Shown here piece after piece: positions 42,605 through 52,969 of a stretch of 64,000 nt of DNA. Both the position numbers and the translations under genes were made by a program. The notes under the pieces are model-generated. The model was not told the origin of the DNA. It worked only from the letters and a program-made list of their open reading frames with translations, and ran no database searches. The DNA is taken from NCBI GenBank assembly GCA_964016885.1, contig OZ024741.1:70990001-71054000 (forward strand). The letters are read 5' to 3'. Each line of letters opens with the position of its first letter. The first letter of the stretch is position 1. The stretch is from Eledone cirrhosa (Eukaryota).

Positions 42605-42934
42605 TACAGTGTACCCCCAGCATCTTGGCCTCGGTTATTCGCAGAATTTTCCTTAGAAACCAAACTAGTAATTGTTCATGGAAACCACCACATATTCGCA
42701 GAATTGTAAATATCTTCCATGATTTTTTATGGCATTTTTCATGGCAATATATATTTTTCACGCTTTATAACGTTAAATTATTAATAACAATATACCATAT
42801 TTGCCAGCCTATATTTTACGTTATGTTTTGACGTTTAAAGGCATTTTTATGGACCACATCCAATATTCACAGTTTTTCACTCTTCACGGGTGCTCTAGGA
42901 ACATAACCCCCACAAATACCGGGTGACAAATGTA
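42605..42934. mobile_element. pogo/Tigger-like MITE
   Basis: TA-CAGTGTACCC..CTCGGTTATTCGC at the left and CCCCCACAAATACCGGGTGACAAATG-TA at the right: degenerate TIRs with a TA target. Confidence 0.55.
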
Positions 42935-42940
42935 TATTAA

Positions 42941-43099
42941 TTAATACAGATTAAAATTTAAGCAAATAATTTCTTAGCTTAAACTTTAATCTGTACTAAT
43001 AATAAATATTTACTCTACGGATTTATATATACTTATGTATATACTATCCTTATCGAGCCCTCTTTGGATTTTGGTCTTTGTTTTTATTACTACTATAAT
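42941..43099 (+). mobile_element. Short fold-back Penelope-like terminus, same family as 14341-15398
   Basis: Hairpin ACAGATTAAAATTTAAGC/GCTTAAACTTTAATCTGT and tail TATCCTTATCGAGCCCTCTTTGGATTTT matching the reverse complement of 14362-14390. Confidence 0.75.
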
Positions 43100-43108
43100 G
43101 GGACTACC

Positions 43109-43897
43109 TAGTCCACACTGTAAATGTGGTTGGTGCTAGGAAGGACATCGAGTAGCCATAAAAACCCAGCCAAAACATGGTCCAGTATGAGCAATGTATG
43201 GCATGGCCAACAGTGCCAGACTAGCCTCATAAGTGGGACCACCCAGTCCCCCACTATAAAAGCAGTTGGTGTTAGGAAGGGCATCTGGCAGCAGTAAAAA
43301 ACGCAGGCAAAACGAAGTCCCATGTGAGCAAGGTCTGGCATAGCCAACTGGCAAAACCCTCTTCATAAGAGGAGCATGCAGTTCCACACTGTAAACATGA
43401 TTGCTGTTAGGAAGGACACCTAGCCAAGTAACAGTCACATATGAGCAAGGTATGGCACAGCTAATTGGGCAGACTTGCCTCATAACTGAGACCACCCAGT
43501 CACACACTGTAAATGTGGTTGGTGTTAGGAAAGGCATCCAGCAGTCGTAAAAATCCTCAGCCAAAACAGGCCCCACTATGAGCTATGAGCAAGGTTCGAC
43601 GCAACCAACTGGCCAGACCTACCATGTTATCGGTCCACCCAGCTCCCAAATTTTGATCCACTTATGAGCAGGGTACAGCACAACCAATTGGACAAACCCC
43701 TCTCATAACAGGACCAACCAGTTCCACACTGTAAGCGTGGTTGGGGGTTATAAAAGGCATCCAGCTGTAAAAAAAAAAACACAGCCAAAATACAGTTCCA
43801 TTTGAGCAAGGTATGGCATAGTTAAATGATCAGATTTGTATCATAGCATGGACTACCTGTCAGCAAGCATGGAAAATAAGACTTTAAATGGTGATGA

Positions 43898-43900
<3 letters not shown>
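43109..43900 (+). repeat. Tandem array of ~5 diverged RTE 3'-UTR modules
   Basis: CACACTGTAAA..GGTTGGTGTTAGGAAGGGCATC..ATGAGCAAGG recurs at ~43114, 43252, 43385, 43503 and 43726. Confidence 0.8.
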
Positions 43901-43994
<94 letters not shown>

Positions 43995-44873
43995 CCTACT
44001 TCCCCCATCATCATCAGCAAGCTCCATATAGAGTAGGTAGGTAGATATGCTGTATCTCATTTCTATCAGCCTAGAGAGACCAGCCAAGCCAATAAATAGA
44101 ACAATCCTTCTGTTGTGGAAATTTCAATGGGTGCAAGCAATTAAATAATGGGGTGGAGGAACTAGAGCAGGATGGAGGAGGGGAGGGGAAGAGTAATGAT
44201 GGGCAAACATTTTATATAGAATCTGAGTCAGCACTTACACAACAAGTCTTGTTTATGGCCCATTTTAGCCCAATCTATGAATGTCAAAATCATTATAAGA
44301 ACAAAAACTGTTGTTGTTGCTGATGTGATAGTGGTGGTGTTGTTGCGGTGGTGTTGTTGCGGTGGTGGTGTTGCAGTGGTGGTGGTGTTGTGGTGGTGGT
44401 GGTGGTGGTGGTGGTGGTGGTGGCTGTATTGTTGTTCATTATGGAGGTGGTGTTGTGACAATGGCGGTGGTGGTGGCTGTATTGTTGTTCATGGTGGTTG
44501 TTGTGGTGTTGTGGTAGTGGTGGCTGCATTGTTGTTTGTGGTGGTGGTTGTGGTGTTGTTGTGGTAGTGGTGTCTGTATTGTTGTTTGTGGTGGTGGTGG
44601 TGGTGGTGGTTGTGGTGTTGTTGTGGTAGTGGTGTCTGTATTGTTGGTTGTGGTGGTGGTTGTGATGGTGTTGTGGTGGCTGTATTATTGTTTGCAGTGG
44701 TGGTGACTGTGATGATGTTGTTGAGATGATGGCAGTTGTATTGATGTTCATGGTGGTGGTGGTGAAGTTGTTAGTGATTGGTGGTAGTCAGACTGTCAGT
44801 TTGTACTCTCTCTTTCTTGTTAAATTTTAAATCTCTTGTCAACTGTGACATAACAGACTTGACATATAAGCTT

Positions 44874-44946
<73 letters not shown>

Positions 44947-45029
44947 TGCATATAAGTCAACAGGAAAAAATATAAAACAGAGCAATACAATAAAATAATG
45001 GTATATTTGTATAACGCTTAACATGGTTG

Positions 45030-45075
45030 GAAATTTGAATGTTTCTGACACTAGTCCTTCATCAGAGGATAGAAA
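45030..45075 (-). ncRNA. Degenerate minimal hammerhead in an old Penelope-like terminus (~44945-45130)
   Basis: CTGATGA-AG-GAC-TAGT-GTC-A-GAAAC. Downstream sequence resembles that at 57631-57750. Confidence 0.45.
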
Positions 45076-45174
45076 GAAAGAAACAAGGGGTGAAAGAAAA
45101 AAAGGGAAATAGGGAAAGAAGAAAAGAGGAGAAAACACATGAAGTTGCTAAACAACCAGTCGAATACACACACA

Positions 45175-45220
<46 letters not shown>

Positions 45221-45221
<1 letters not shown>

Positions 45222-47058
45222 CCCTAGATAGGAGTAACTATAGAGGCATTAAACTAATCGACCAGGTCATGAAGGTCACGGAAAAAGTAATAGCGCAACT
45301 AATCAGAGAGAGAATTGACCTAGATGAAATGCAGTTCGGGTTTGTGTCAGGCAAAAGTACCACAGACGCTCTTTTCATTGTACGTCAACTACAGGAGAAG
45401 TACCTAGCTAAAGGTAAACCCCTCTACTTAGCTTTTGTCGACTTGGAGAAAGCCTTCGACAGAGTCCCCCGTTCCATTATCTGGTGGGCCCTTAGAAAAC
45501 TAGGTGTCGACGAATGGCTTGTGAGAGCTATACAAGCCATGTATAAAGAAACAGTCAGCAAGGTTAGAATTAACAACGAATATAGTGAAGAGTTTAGCGT
45601 AAAAGTTGGCGTCCATCAGGGCTCTGTTCTCAGCCCCCTACTATTTATTATTGCCCTTCAGGCTATAACAGAGGAGTTCAAGACCGGCTGCCCATGGGAA
45701 CTCCTATACGCAGACGACCTGACACTCATAGCTGAATCAATGGCCGAGCTAGAGAAGAAATTCCAAACATGGAAGCACGGCCTAGAATCAAAAGGCCTTA
45801 AAATTAACCTGGCTAAGACTAAAGTTCTAGTTTGTAGGAAAGAAAATAAGGCGCCGGTCCCTTCCGAGAAATGGCCATGCTCAGTGTGTAGGAAAGGCGT
45901 AGGTAGAAACTCCATTTTATGTCCCAAATGCAAAGTATGCGTGCATAAAAGATGTAGTGGGATCACAGGTAAGCTAACTAAGAACTTAGATTTTACATGT
46001 GGGTGGTGCTCTGGTGCAATAAGTAGCAGCGAGTGCCCACAAAATACTAACTCTTTCAATTGCGCAGAGGGCTCTATAGAAATAGTGGACAGCTTCCGTT
46101 ACCTGGGTGACAAAATCAGCAGTGGGGGAGGGTGCTCCGAAAGTACAGCAGTTAGAGTCAGAACTGGATGGAAAAAGTTCAGAGAGCTTATACCACTATT
46201 AGCCGCTAAAGGTTTTCTCCCTAAAAATGAAAGGCAGGTTGTATGATGCCTGCATACGAACAGCAATGTTGCATGGCAGCGAGACCTGGGCATTGTGCGC
46301 AGAGGATATACGCAGACTAGAGAGGAACGAAGCTTGCATGCTCCGCTGGATGTGTAATAGTAATATACGTGAACGGCAAAGCATAAACGAACTAAGGAAA
46401 AAATTAGAAATAAGAGGGATCAGATGTTGTTTACTCGAGAGAAGGCTACGTTGGTACGGACACGTGATGCGCATGAAAGTCGATAGCTGTATAACAAAGT
46501 GCAGGGCAATAAAGATAGACGGTAGCCACGGAATAGGCAGACCTAGAAAATCCTGGGACGAGCTGATAAACTCCGACCTCACACACTTACACCTCTCCAA
46601 GACAATGTCACTGGACCGAGACCTTTGGCGGTACTCAGTAATAGAGAAGACCCGCCTTAACTAAATACATAGTAAAACCTACTACAGCCAGTAGGCATCT
46701 CTAACAAAATACACCCCCGTCCCACCACCCACACCCCCATCCACACCACCCCCTCCTATGTAAAGTTATGTTGGTGCCGCACCATCCAGGCCGAAACAAA
46801 TGAGATCGTGTAGGTGTCACGACAAAAAAACACACAGTCCACGCTGTAATGTGGCCGTGTAGGCAACACGGTAAAAACCTCCCAGTCCCACACTGTAAAT
46901 GTGGTTGGTGTTAGGAAGGGCATCCAACTGTAGAAAACCTGCCAGACAGTCCTATGCGAGCAAGACAATCACTCTTGCCTCAAGTGGGAATACCCCCGTC
47001 CAAACCCATGCAAGCGTGGAACACGGACGTTAAACGTTGATGATGATGATGATGATGA
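45221..47058 (+). mobile_element. 5'-truncated RTE LINE with intact YADD and one frameshift (~46215)
   Basis: ORFs 45176-46246 and 46227-46664, 3' UTR and (TGA)n tail. Very similar to 37262-39088 in opposite orientation. Confidence 0.95.
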
Positions 47059-47122
47059 TTATATATTAATATATATATGATCATGATGATCATCATTTTA
47101 CGTCCGCTTTTTTCCCTGCTTG

Positions 47123-47170
<48 letters not shown>

Positions 47171-47333
47171 AGCAAATTATAAATGTAAACATGTAAGTAT
47201 GTTTTTGAAACGGTGCGCGAGTTTGAAAATTAGAAATTAGAAATTATAAGCTTTCACCGTATTTTAGACTAAAGAAATTTCTAGCCTGATAGTGGGGTTT
47301 ATAACCCTCGGAGAAATGGAAAAAGATGAGTGT

Positions 47334-47358
47334 TGCCGTACATGGGAGTCGAACCCAT
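47334..47358 (-). pseudogene. tRNA-like 3' half (T arm plus acceptor 3' strand) followed by T5
   Basis: ATGGG-TTCGACT-CCCAT-GTACGGC-A, then TTTTT 9 nt downstream (47320-47324). Confidence 0.55.
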
Positions 47359-47877
47359 TTGTATACCCTCTTCCCACCCAGGATTTTGATTTCACTACTT
47401 TTTATTTCATTGGTTCATATTTTTTTTCTTTCCTCAACACTTTTGTTACATGTCAAAAATGTGTCCAGCTGTGATCATTATTTGGAACATCAGGAAGTTT
47501 TTTTTTTCCACCTTGTGATCTATCTTCCATTTCACCTCACACACTATAGGGTGCATATGTACGTGCATGTGTACTTGTGTGTATGTGTGTGGTGTGGGTA
47601 AACCACAACCATGCTAGAGCACTGTCATCACTTAGTTGGTCATACTGACCCCAGTATTTATTTTACCGAACCACTAAGTTATAGAACATAAGCACAAATG
47701 TAAACACATACAGACACACACATGCGCGTGCACACGCACACATTTTCCGTTTACCAAATTCCACTCATACGGCATTAGTCAACTCAAGGCTATCGTGATA
47801 TTTTTCCAAAGTGCTATGCAACGGGATTGAGTCCAGATCAAACTGGTTGTGAAGTGAACTCCTTAACCACTTAGCCA

Positions 47878-47933
<56 letters not shown>
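47355..47933. repeat. Inverted duplication, right arm inner part
   Basis: Reverse complement of 40808-41369. Confidence 0.94.
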
Positions 47934-47937
<4 letters not shown>

Positions 47938-48477
47938 GCAGTATTAGTTATAGATGTTATCGCCACATTAGCAGGGTGGTAGAATCAGTGGTCGTTAGTT
48001 GCCAGTGTGGTAAGTGATAGTATCCTCGTTGGATTATCTTGTTGACATAGACGTGAGGGAAGGTCCCTCGATCTATTTACCATCTATTTACAATATTCCT
48101 TTCGTCAGGTCGCCAATTCCAGCAGCATGGATTAAAGATGTTATTGAGATGCAAGTGACATAATAACAGCAGAAATTAGAGATGAAATGTTTGTTTATTT
48201 ATATGGTTGAAGTTACAGATACAAAGAGGTTACAATAGGAAATGTGCCATTGCGCCGTTAAGCCGGCGAGGCTAGGGGTGCAATATCTCACTGTTACATT
48301 ATGCGTGTTGCTGGCTTGAAGTTTCCGGTACAAGAGCGAGATTCTTCAAATCTTCGCGGTGAATTTCTTCCTCAGGGCGCGTAGGGATACATCCTCTTCT
48401 ACTGGCGCTGATTGGCTGAACTGAGCCAAATCACGCACAGAGAATGTATGTGAGCCCGCGGAATGTAGGTCACTACA
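47934..48477 (-). repeat. 3' LTR (TGTAGT...CTAAA) with a 173-bp insertion, preceded by a PPT-like GGTTGGAGGTGA
   Basis: Reverse complement of 49230-49585 apart from the insertion. Confidence 0.88.
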
Positions 48478-49229
48478 TCACCTCCAACCAGATTTTCAGC
48501 CGAAAATCGATAACGAAGAAACCAAGGACTCACATATTAAATCAGCAAGAACAAATGCTGAAAGAGCACATCAGTGAAAAAAATAATTGAGCAGAAGGTT
48601 GCATGCAAGAACAAAAAATGAGGCGCTACGGGCCGTGTTGAGCCGCTGTGTCAAATGACCAGTTGTTTTGTTGTTTATACGTGACCGCCAAAGGTCTAAC
48701 AAAAAACGGATAAAGTCTGACATGGGCGAAGTTGCTGTTCTTGCATTAAATGTTAATGGTAAGCATTGTACCAGTAGCTGTGAACGAAGCTATTATGGTA
48801 GTTTACCAGTGCTGGCGAGAAAATGATGGCCCCCAGATGTATTGTCGAATGTGCTGTGGAGCCAGGAAAAAATGGCTGGTTGCTTTGTAAAGAACAAAAG
48901 GCAAGTTTAATTTGTAGGTGGGTTGCAGTGTAAATTCCATAATTCGGGCGAATCCACAGAAGTGGCCGAAATGCTAACAAGTCCAGTTCAATTTGTTGCT
49001 TTCCCAGCGAGTCGGGCAAAAACAACAAGACGGATGGCCGTCATGGACGATCAGTGTGCAACGAGATGCGAAGCTGTTTGAGTTCAGCTGCAATTAGAAT
49101 TCCCGTGTTGCGGTGCCTGTATGAATCCAGTGGATTAAGCTCTGTGAGCTGCTAGCATGTGACAGCATCTCAACCAGGTGAAAAGGGACTCGCAGAATAT
49201 TACGTTTGAAGAACATATACCAACATTCC

Positions 49230-49585
49230 GTGACCTACATTCCGCGGGCTCACATACATTCTCTGTGCGTGATTTGGCTCAGTTCAGCCAATCAGCGCCA
49301 GTAGAAGAGGATGTATCCCTACGCGCCCTGAGGAAGAAATTCACCGCGAAGATTTGAAGAATCTCGCTCTTGTACCGGAAACTTCAAGCCAGCAACACGC
49401 ATAATGTAACAGTGAGATATTGCACCCCTAGCCTCGCCGGCTTAACGGCGCAATGGCACATTTCCTATTGTAACCTCTTTGTATCTGTAACTTCAACCAA
49501 AAAAATAAACGTATATTTCATCTCTAATTTCTGCTGTTATTATGTCACTTGCATCTCGATAACATCTACAACTAATACTGCTAAA
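49230..49585 (+). repeat. 5' LTR lacking its first 4 nt
   Basis: Matches the minus-strand LTR, contains CCAAT and AATAAA, and is followed by the PBS. Confidence 0.88.
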
Positions 49586-49586
49586 G

Positions 49587-49599
49587 TGGTGACCGACGT
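49587..49599 (+). promoter_or_regulatory. Primer binding site, tRNA-Trp-like
   Basis: TGGTGACCGACGT vs TGGTGACCCCGACGT, the complement of the metazoan tRNA-Trp 3' end (2-nt deletion). Confidence 0.7.
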
Positions 49600-50475
49600 A
49601 AGAATTTAACGCAGCCCTTCTTTTTCATCAATTGACCTTTTATTGCCACATTGTCGGCCCTTTTTTTCGCATCTTGCGAAAATAAAAAATAATCCTTTTA
49701 AAATTATCGAAAAATTAGTAGTATTTCATAAACTTTTTGCTACACTCGAGAACAACAACGACAGCAGCATCAGCGACAACATTGTTTAACCACTGACCAA
49801 AACAGGGAATAGTGAGTGGCAGCTTCATAGCCTTACCGACGCAAACCACCACACATCGGAAATATCAAAACGATTCATTCGTGTCGATAATTTAGAGCGA
49901 CTTTTTTTTTTATTCACTTGCATATTCCATTTCCGTTGCCAACTTTTTCGCAACTTACAGAAGAAAAAAGAAAAAAGTGTATTTTTCCAAGGTGGCGTTG
50001 CGTTCCTTCCCAGTTTTGTAACGGACACATATTTTGAATTGCGTATGTGTTCCATGACTGATCAAGAGAGAAGAGACTAAACTTGTTTTTGTGAACATAA
50101 CTGCCCCGCATGGGGATATACATGCCTTACCTTTTTCTAAGGGATTTTTAGCCACTGGCTACCTTTGTTGATATCCAACGCGGATATATTTTTAAAAAAA
50201 AAACATTTTTTTTCTTCCTTTTTTTTTTTTACCTTATTTGATTTGCCTGGTTCGTTGAGGCAACGCGAGGGGACAGACGAAGGAAAAATTTTTTTTTAAA
50301 GATATATATCTGTATTTTATGTATTTTGCATATTTCCTTATGTTTTGAATGTCTGTTTCTTTTTGCCCTTTAACTTTTTCTCAATATTGGCTGTTCTCTT
50401 TTCACTGTACAAGGGTGCATTAATTGCTCTTTCGATATATAGGTATATATATTTGTTTTAATTTTAAAAGTTGAC

Positions 50476-51252
50476 ATGAATGTACCACATTTGCCCGCCT
50501 TTACTGGAAAACCTAAGATGTGGTATGCCCAGTTACAGGCGTATTTTACGGTCTGTAAGACCAAATCTGACCAGCGCCTCGCTGTACTGATTAGCGGCCT
50601 TCCCCCTAATCTAGCAGATTCGGTCCAAGACCTAATTACAGACCCCCCCTCTGACTTGACGTATGAGTTTTTGAAGGGCGAGATTTTGAGGAGGAATTGT
50701 AAGTCGGTAGAGAGTCGTTTTCGGTCACTGATCGAGGACGAACGATTAGGTGACAGGACCCCTACCGCTTTTCTCCGGCATTTGCGGGATTTGAGCGATT
50801 CCCAAGATCAGGATAGCCCTTTCCTGAAGCAATTGTTCTTCTCTCGCCTACCTCAAGAGGTACAGGCGATCCTAGCCCATATGCTAGAGGTGAATACCCT
50901 GGATCACATTGCTGTCTCTGCTGACAAAATTGTAGAGGTGACGAAGAGAGACACTTCGAAGCCAAGGTACGTTGCTTCCTTTTCTCTTCCTCAATCACGC
51001 TCATCAGCGTCTGATGACAAATTAATCACCACTATGGAAGCCATGACTCGTCAAATGGCGGAGTTGTGCACGGAATTCAGGTCCTTTGGACGGCAGAGGA
51101 GCCGTTCTCGACGTTATTCAACTTCTCGCCACCGTAGCCCTTCCAACACACCAGGAACAACATATTGTTATTACCATGAAAGATATGGTAAAAAAGCCGC
51201 CCGTTGTAGGCCTCCTTGTGCTTACAAGGGAAAAGACGACCAGAGTCACTAA
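50476..51252 (+). CDS. gag: Ty3/Gypsy Gag
   Basis: [29 protein letters not shown] and a C-terminal [18 protein letters not shown] knuckle, upstream of pol. Confidence 0.9.
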   Translation: MNVPHLPAFTGKPKMWYAQLQAYFTVCKTKSDQRLAVLISGLPPNLADSVQDLITDPPSDLTYEFLKGEILRRNCKSVESRFRSLIEDERLGDRTPTAFLRHLRDLSDSQDQDSPFLKQLFFSRLPQEVQAILAHMLEVNTLDHIAVSADKIVEVTKRDTSKPRYVASFSLPQSRSSASDDKLITTMEAMTRQMAELCTEFRSFGRQRSRSRRYSTSRHRSPSNTPGTTYCYYHERYGKKAARCRPPCAYKGKDDQSH

Positions 51253-51271
51253 CGGCGGATAGTGCGCTCTG
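51228..51271 (+). promoter_or_regulatory. -1 ribosomal frameshift signal
   Basis: G_GGA_AAA in the gag frame, a 6-nt spacer, then hairpin CAGAG-T-CACTA/TAGTG-CG-CTCTG. pol lies in the -1 frame. Confidence 0.75.
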
Positions 51272-52662
51272 CGAAACAACATCTAACCGCCACTTTTTCA
51301 TTGAGGACCTGCTGTCAGGTAGAGCTTTTCTGGTTGACACAGGTGCAGCTTGTTCCGTATGGCCTGTGTGTTGTATGAAGGAGACTCCCCCTGAGACGCC
51401 TATTGAGTTGCAGGCAGTAAATTGTTCGCCGATTCGAACTTTCGGACAAATCTCGTTACCTTTACAGTTTCGTAATCTGCGGCGCGAGTTTAAATGGATA
51501 TTTACTGTCGCTGCCTTGCCGTATCCGATTCTAGGCACGGATTTTCTCCACCATTTTTCATTGACGGTGGACCTTCGTGGTAAACGCCTAATTGATGGCA
51601 TCACGGGATTAACTGTTGTTGGCAAGGCAGCAGGAGTTCCAACGGTTAGCCCGATATTTTTTCTTGCTAACACCGGTGATCCTTTCCATGCGTTGTTGAA
51701 CTCGTTCCCGCAACTGACACAGGGGAATTTTCGATTTGATGAACCTACTCATACCACGGAGCACTTCATATCTACAACTGGTGCTCCCGTTTTCTCTCGC
51801 CCTCGTCGCTTGCCTCCGGACAAACTCAAAGCAGCACGATCAGAATTTGATCATATGCTGCAAATGGGGATTATTCGTCCGTCCACGAGCCCGTGGGCGT
51901 CCCCATTGCACATGGTACCGAAAGCGAATGGTGATTGGAGACCTACTGGAGATTATCGACGCCTGAATTCGATAACGGTACCGGACCGTTATCCTATCCC
52001 TCATCTGCAACACTTTGCGTCTTCGTTGCAGGGATGCAAGATATTCTCCAAACTGGATTTAATTCGTGCGTACCATCAAATTCCTGTCCATAAAAATGAC
52101 ATTCCAAAAACGGCTATAGTTACGCCATTTGGGTCTTTCGAGTTTTTGACTATGCCGTTCGGATTAAGGAATGCCGCTAGTACTTTTCAGCGGTTTATGG
52201 ATGAGGTTACTCGCGGCCTCGATTTCGTCTATACCTATATTGACGATCTGCTCATTGCTAGTTCTTCTCCAGAGCAGCATACGCAACATTTGAATCTTCT
52301 TTTCCGCCGATTGAAGGCGTATAACGTGCAGCTTAATGCACCCAAATGTGTTTTTGGCGCTGAGTCACTGACTTTCTTGGGTCACGTCATCGATGCTGAC
52401 GGAATTCGACCCCGGCCTGAGCGAGTTAAGGTCATAGAGGATTTGCCTCCACCGACCTCACTACGTCAGTTACGCCAGTTCTTAGGTCTGGTTAACTTTT
52501 ATAGGCGTTTCGTGCCAAATTGTGCCAAGTTGCTTTTCTCCCTGACAGAAATTTAGAAAAATTGTCGGAGGAAGAACAAAGATATTTCTTTGACAGACAC
52601 TCAACTTGCTGATTTTCAGCACGCCAAAACTGTTTTGGCTAATGCTTCGTTACTGACTCATC
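51228..52662 (+). pseudogene. pol: Ty3/Gypsy Pol (protease + RT), stop at 52554-52556, truncated before RNase H and integrase
   Basis: [31 protein letters not shown] and [11 protein letters not shown]. Homology continues past the TAG to 52662. Confidence 0.93.
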
Positions 52663-52879
52663 TATTAGTTGTAGATGTTATCGAGATGCAAGTGACATAA
52701 TAACAGCAGAAATTAGAGATGAAATATACGTTTATTTTTTGTTATAGCACAAACAATGGTGTTGTACAGAGGCAGGTATCTGGCGTGTGATCCGTCGGCT
52801 TTCCAGTGGCTGTCTGTCTTTTCTTTCTGGCGTTCTCAACCGGCGTTGTTCTATCAAGGAGCGTGAGGCGTCTTACTAC

Positions 52880-52880
<1 letters not shown>
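52663..52880 (-). repeat. Variant LTR: different U3 joined to the same R/U5
   Basis: Starts TGTAGT at 52880. Segment 52663-52740 is the reverse complement of ~49501-49578, while 52744-52874 has no match in the other LTRs. Confidence 0.75.
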
Positions 52881-52964
<84 letters not shown>

Positions 52965-52969
52965 TATAT

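Larger units (their letters stand above)
47934..52880. mobile_element. Rearranged Ty3/Gypsy LTR retrotransposon inserted in (TA)n
   Basis: gag, protease and RT, three LTR copies, PBS and PPT-like tract, TA repeats on both sides. Confidence 0.93.

Noticed and set aside
37262-47058. The two opposite RTE copies as part of the inverted duplication
   Set aside because: Their positions are not symmetric within the arms, the left copy has its own TSD, and they carry different disabling mutations, so they are independent insertions.
48753-49028. Possible env or extra ORF in the Gypsy 3' region
   Set aside because: Only 91 codons, a non-ATG start and no recognisable motif.
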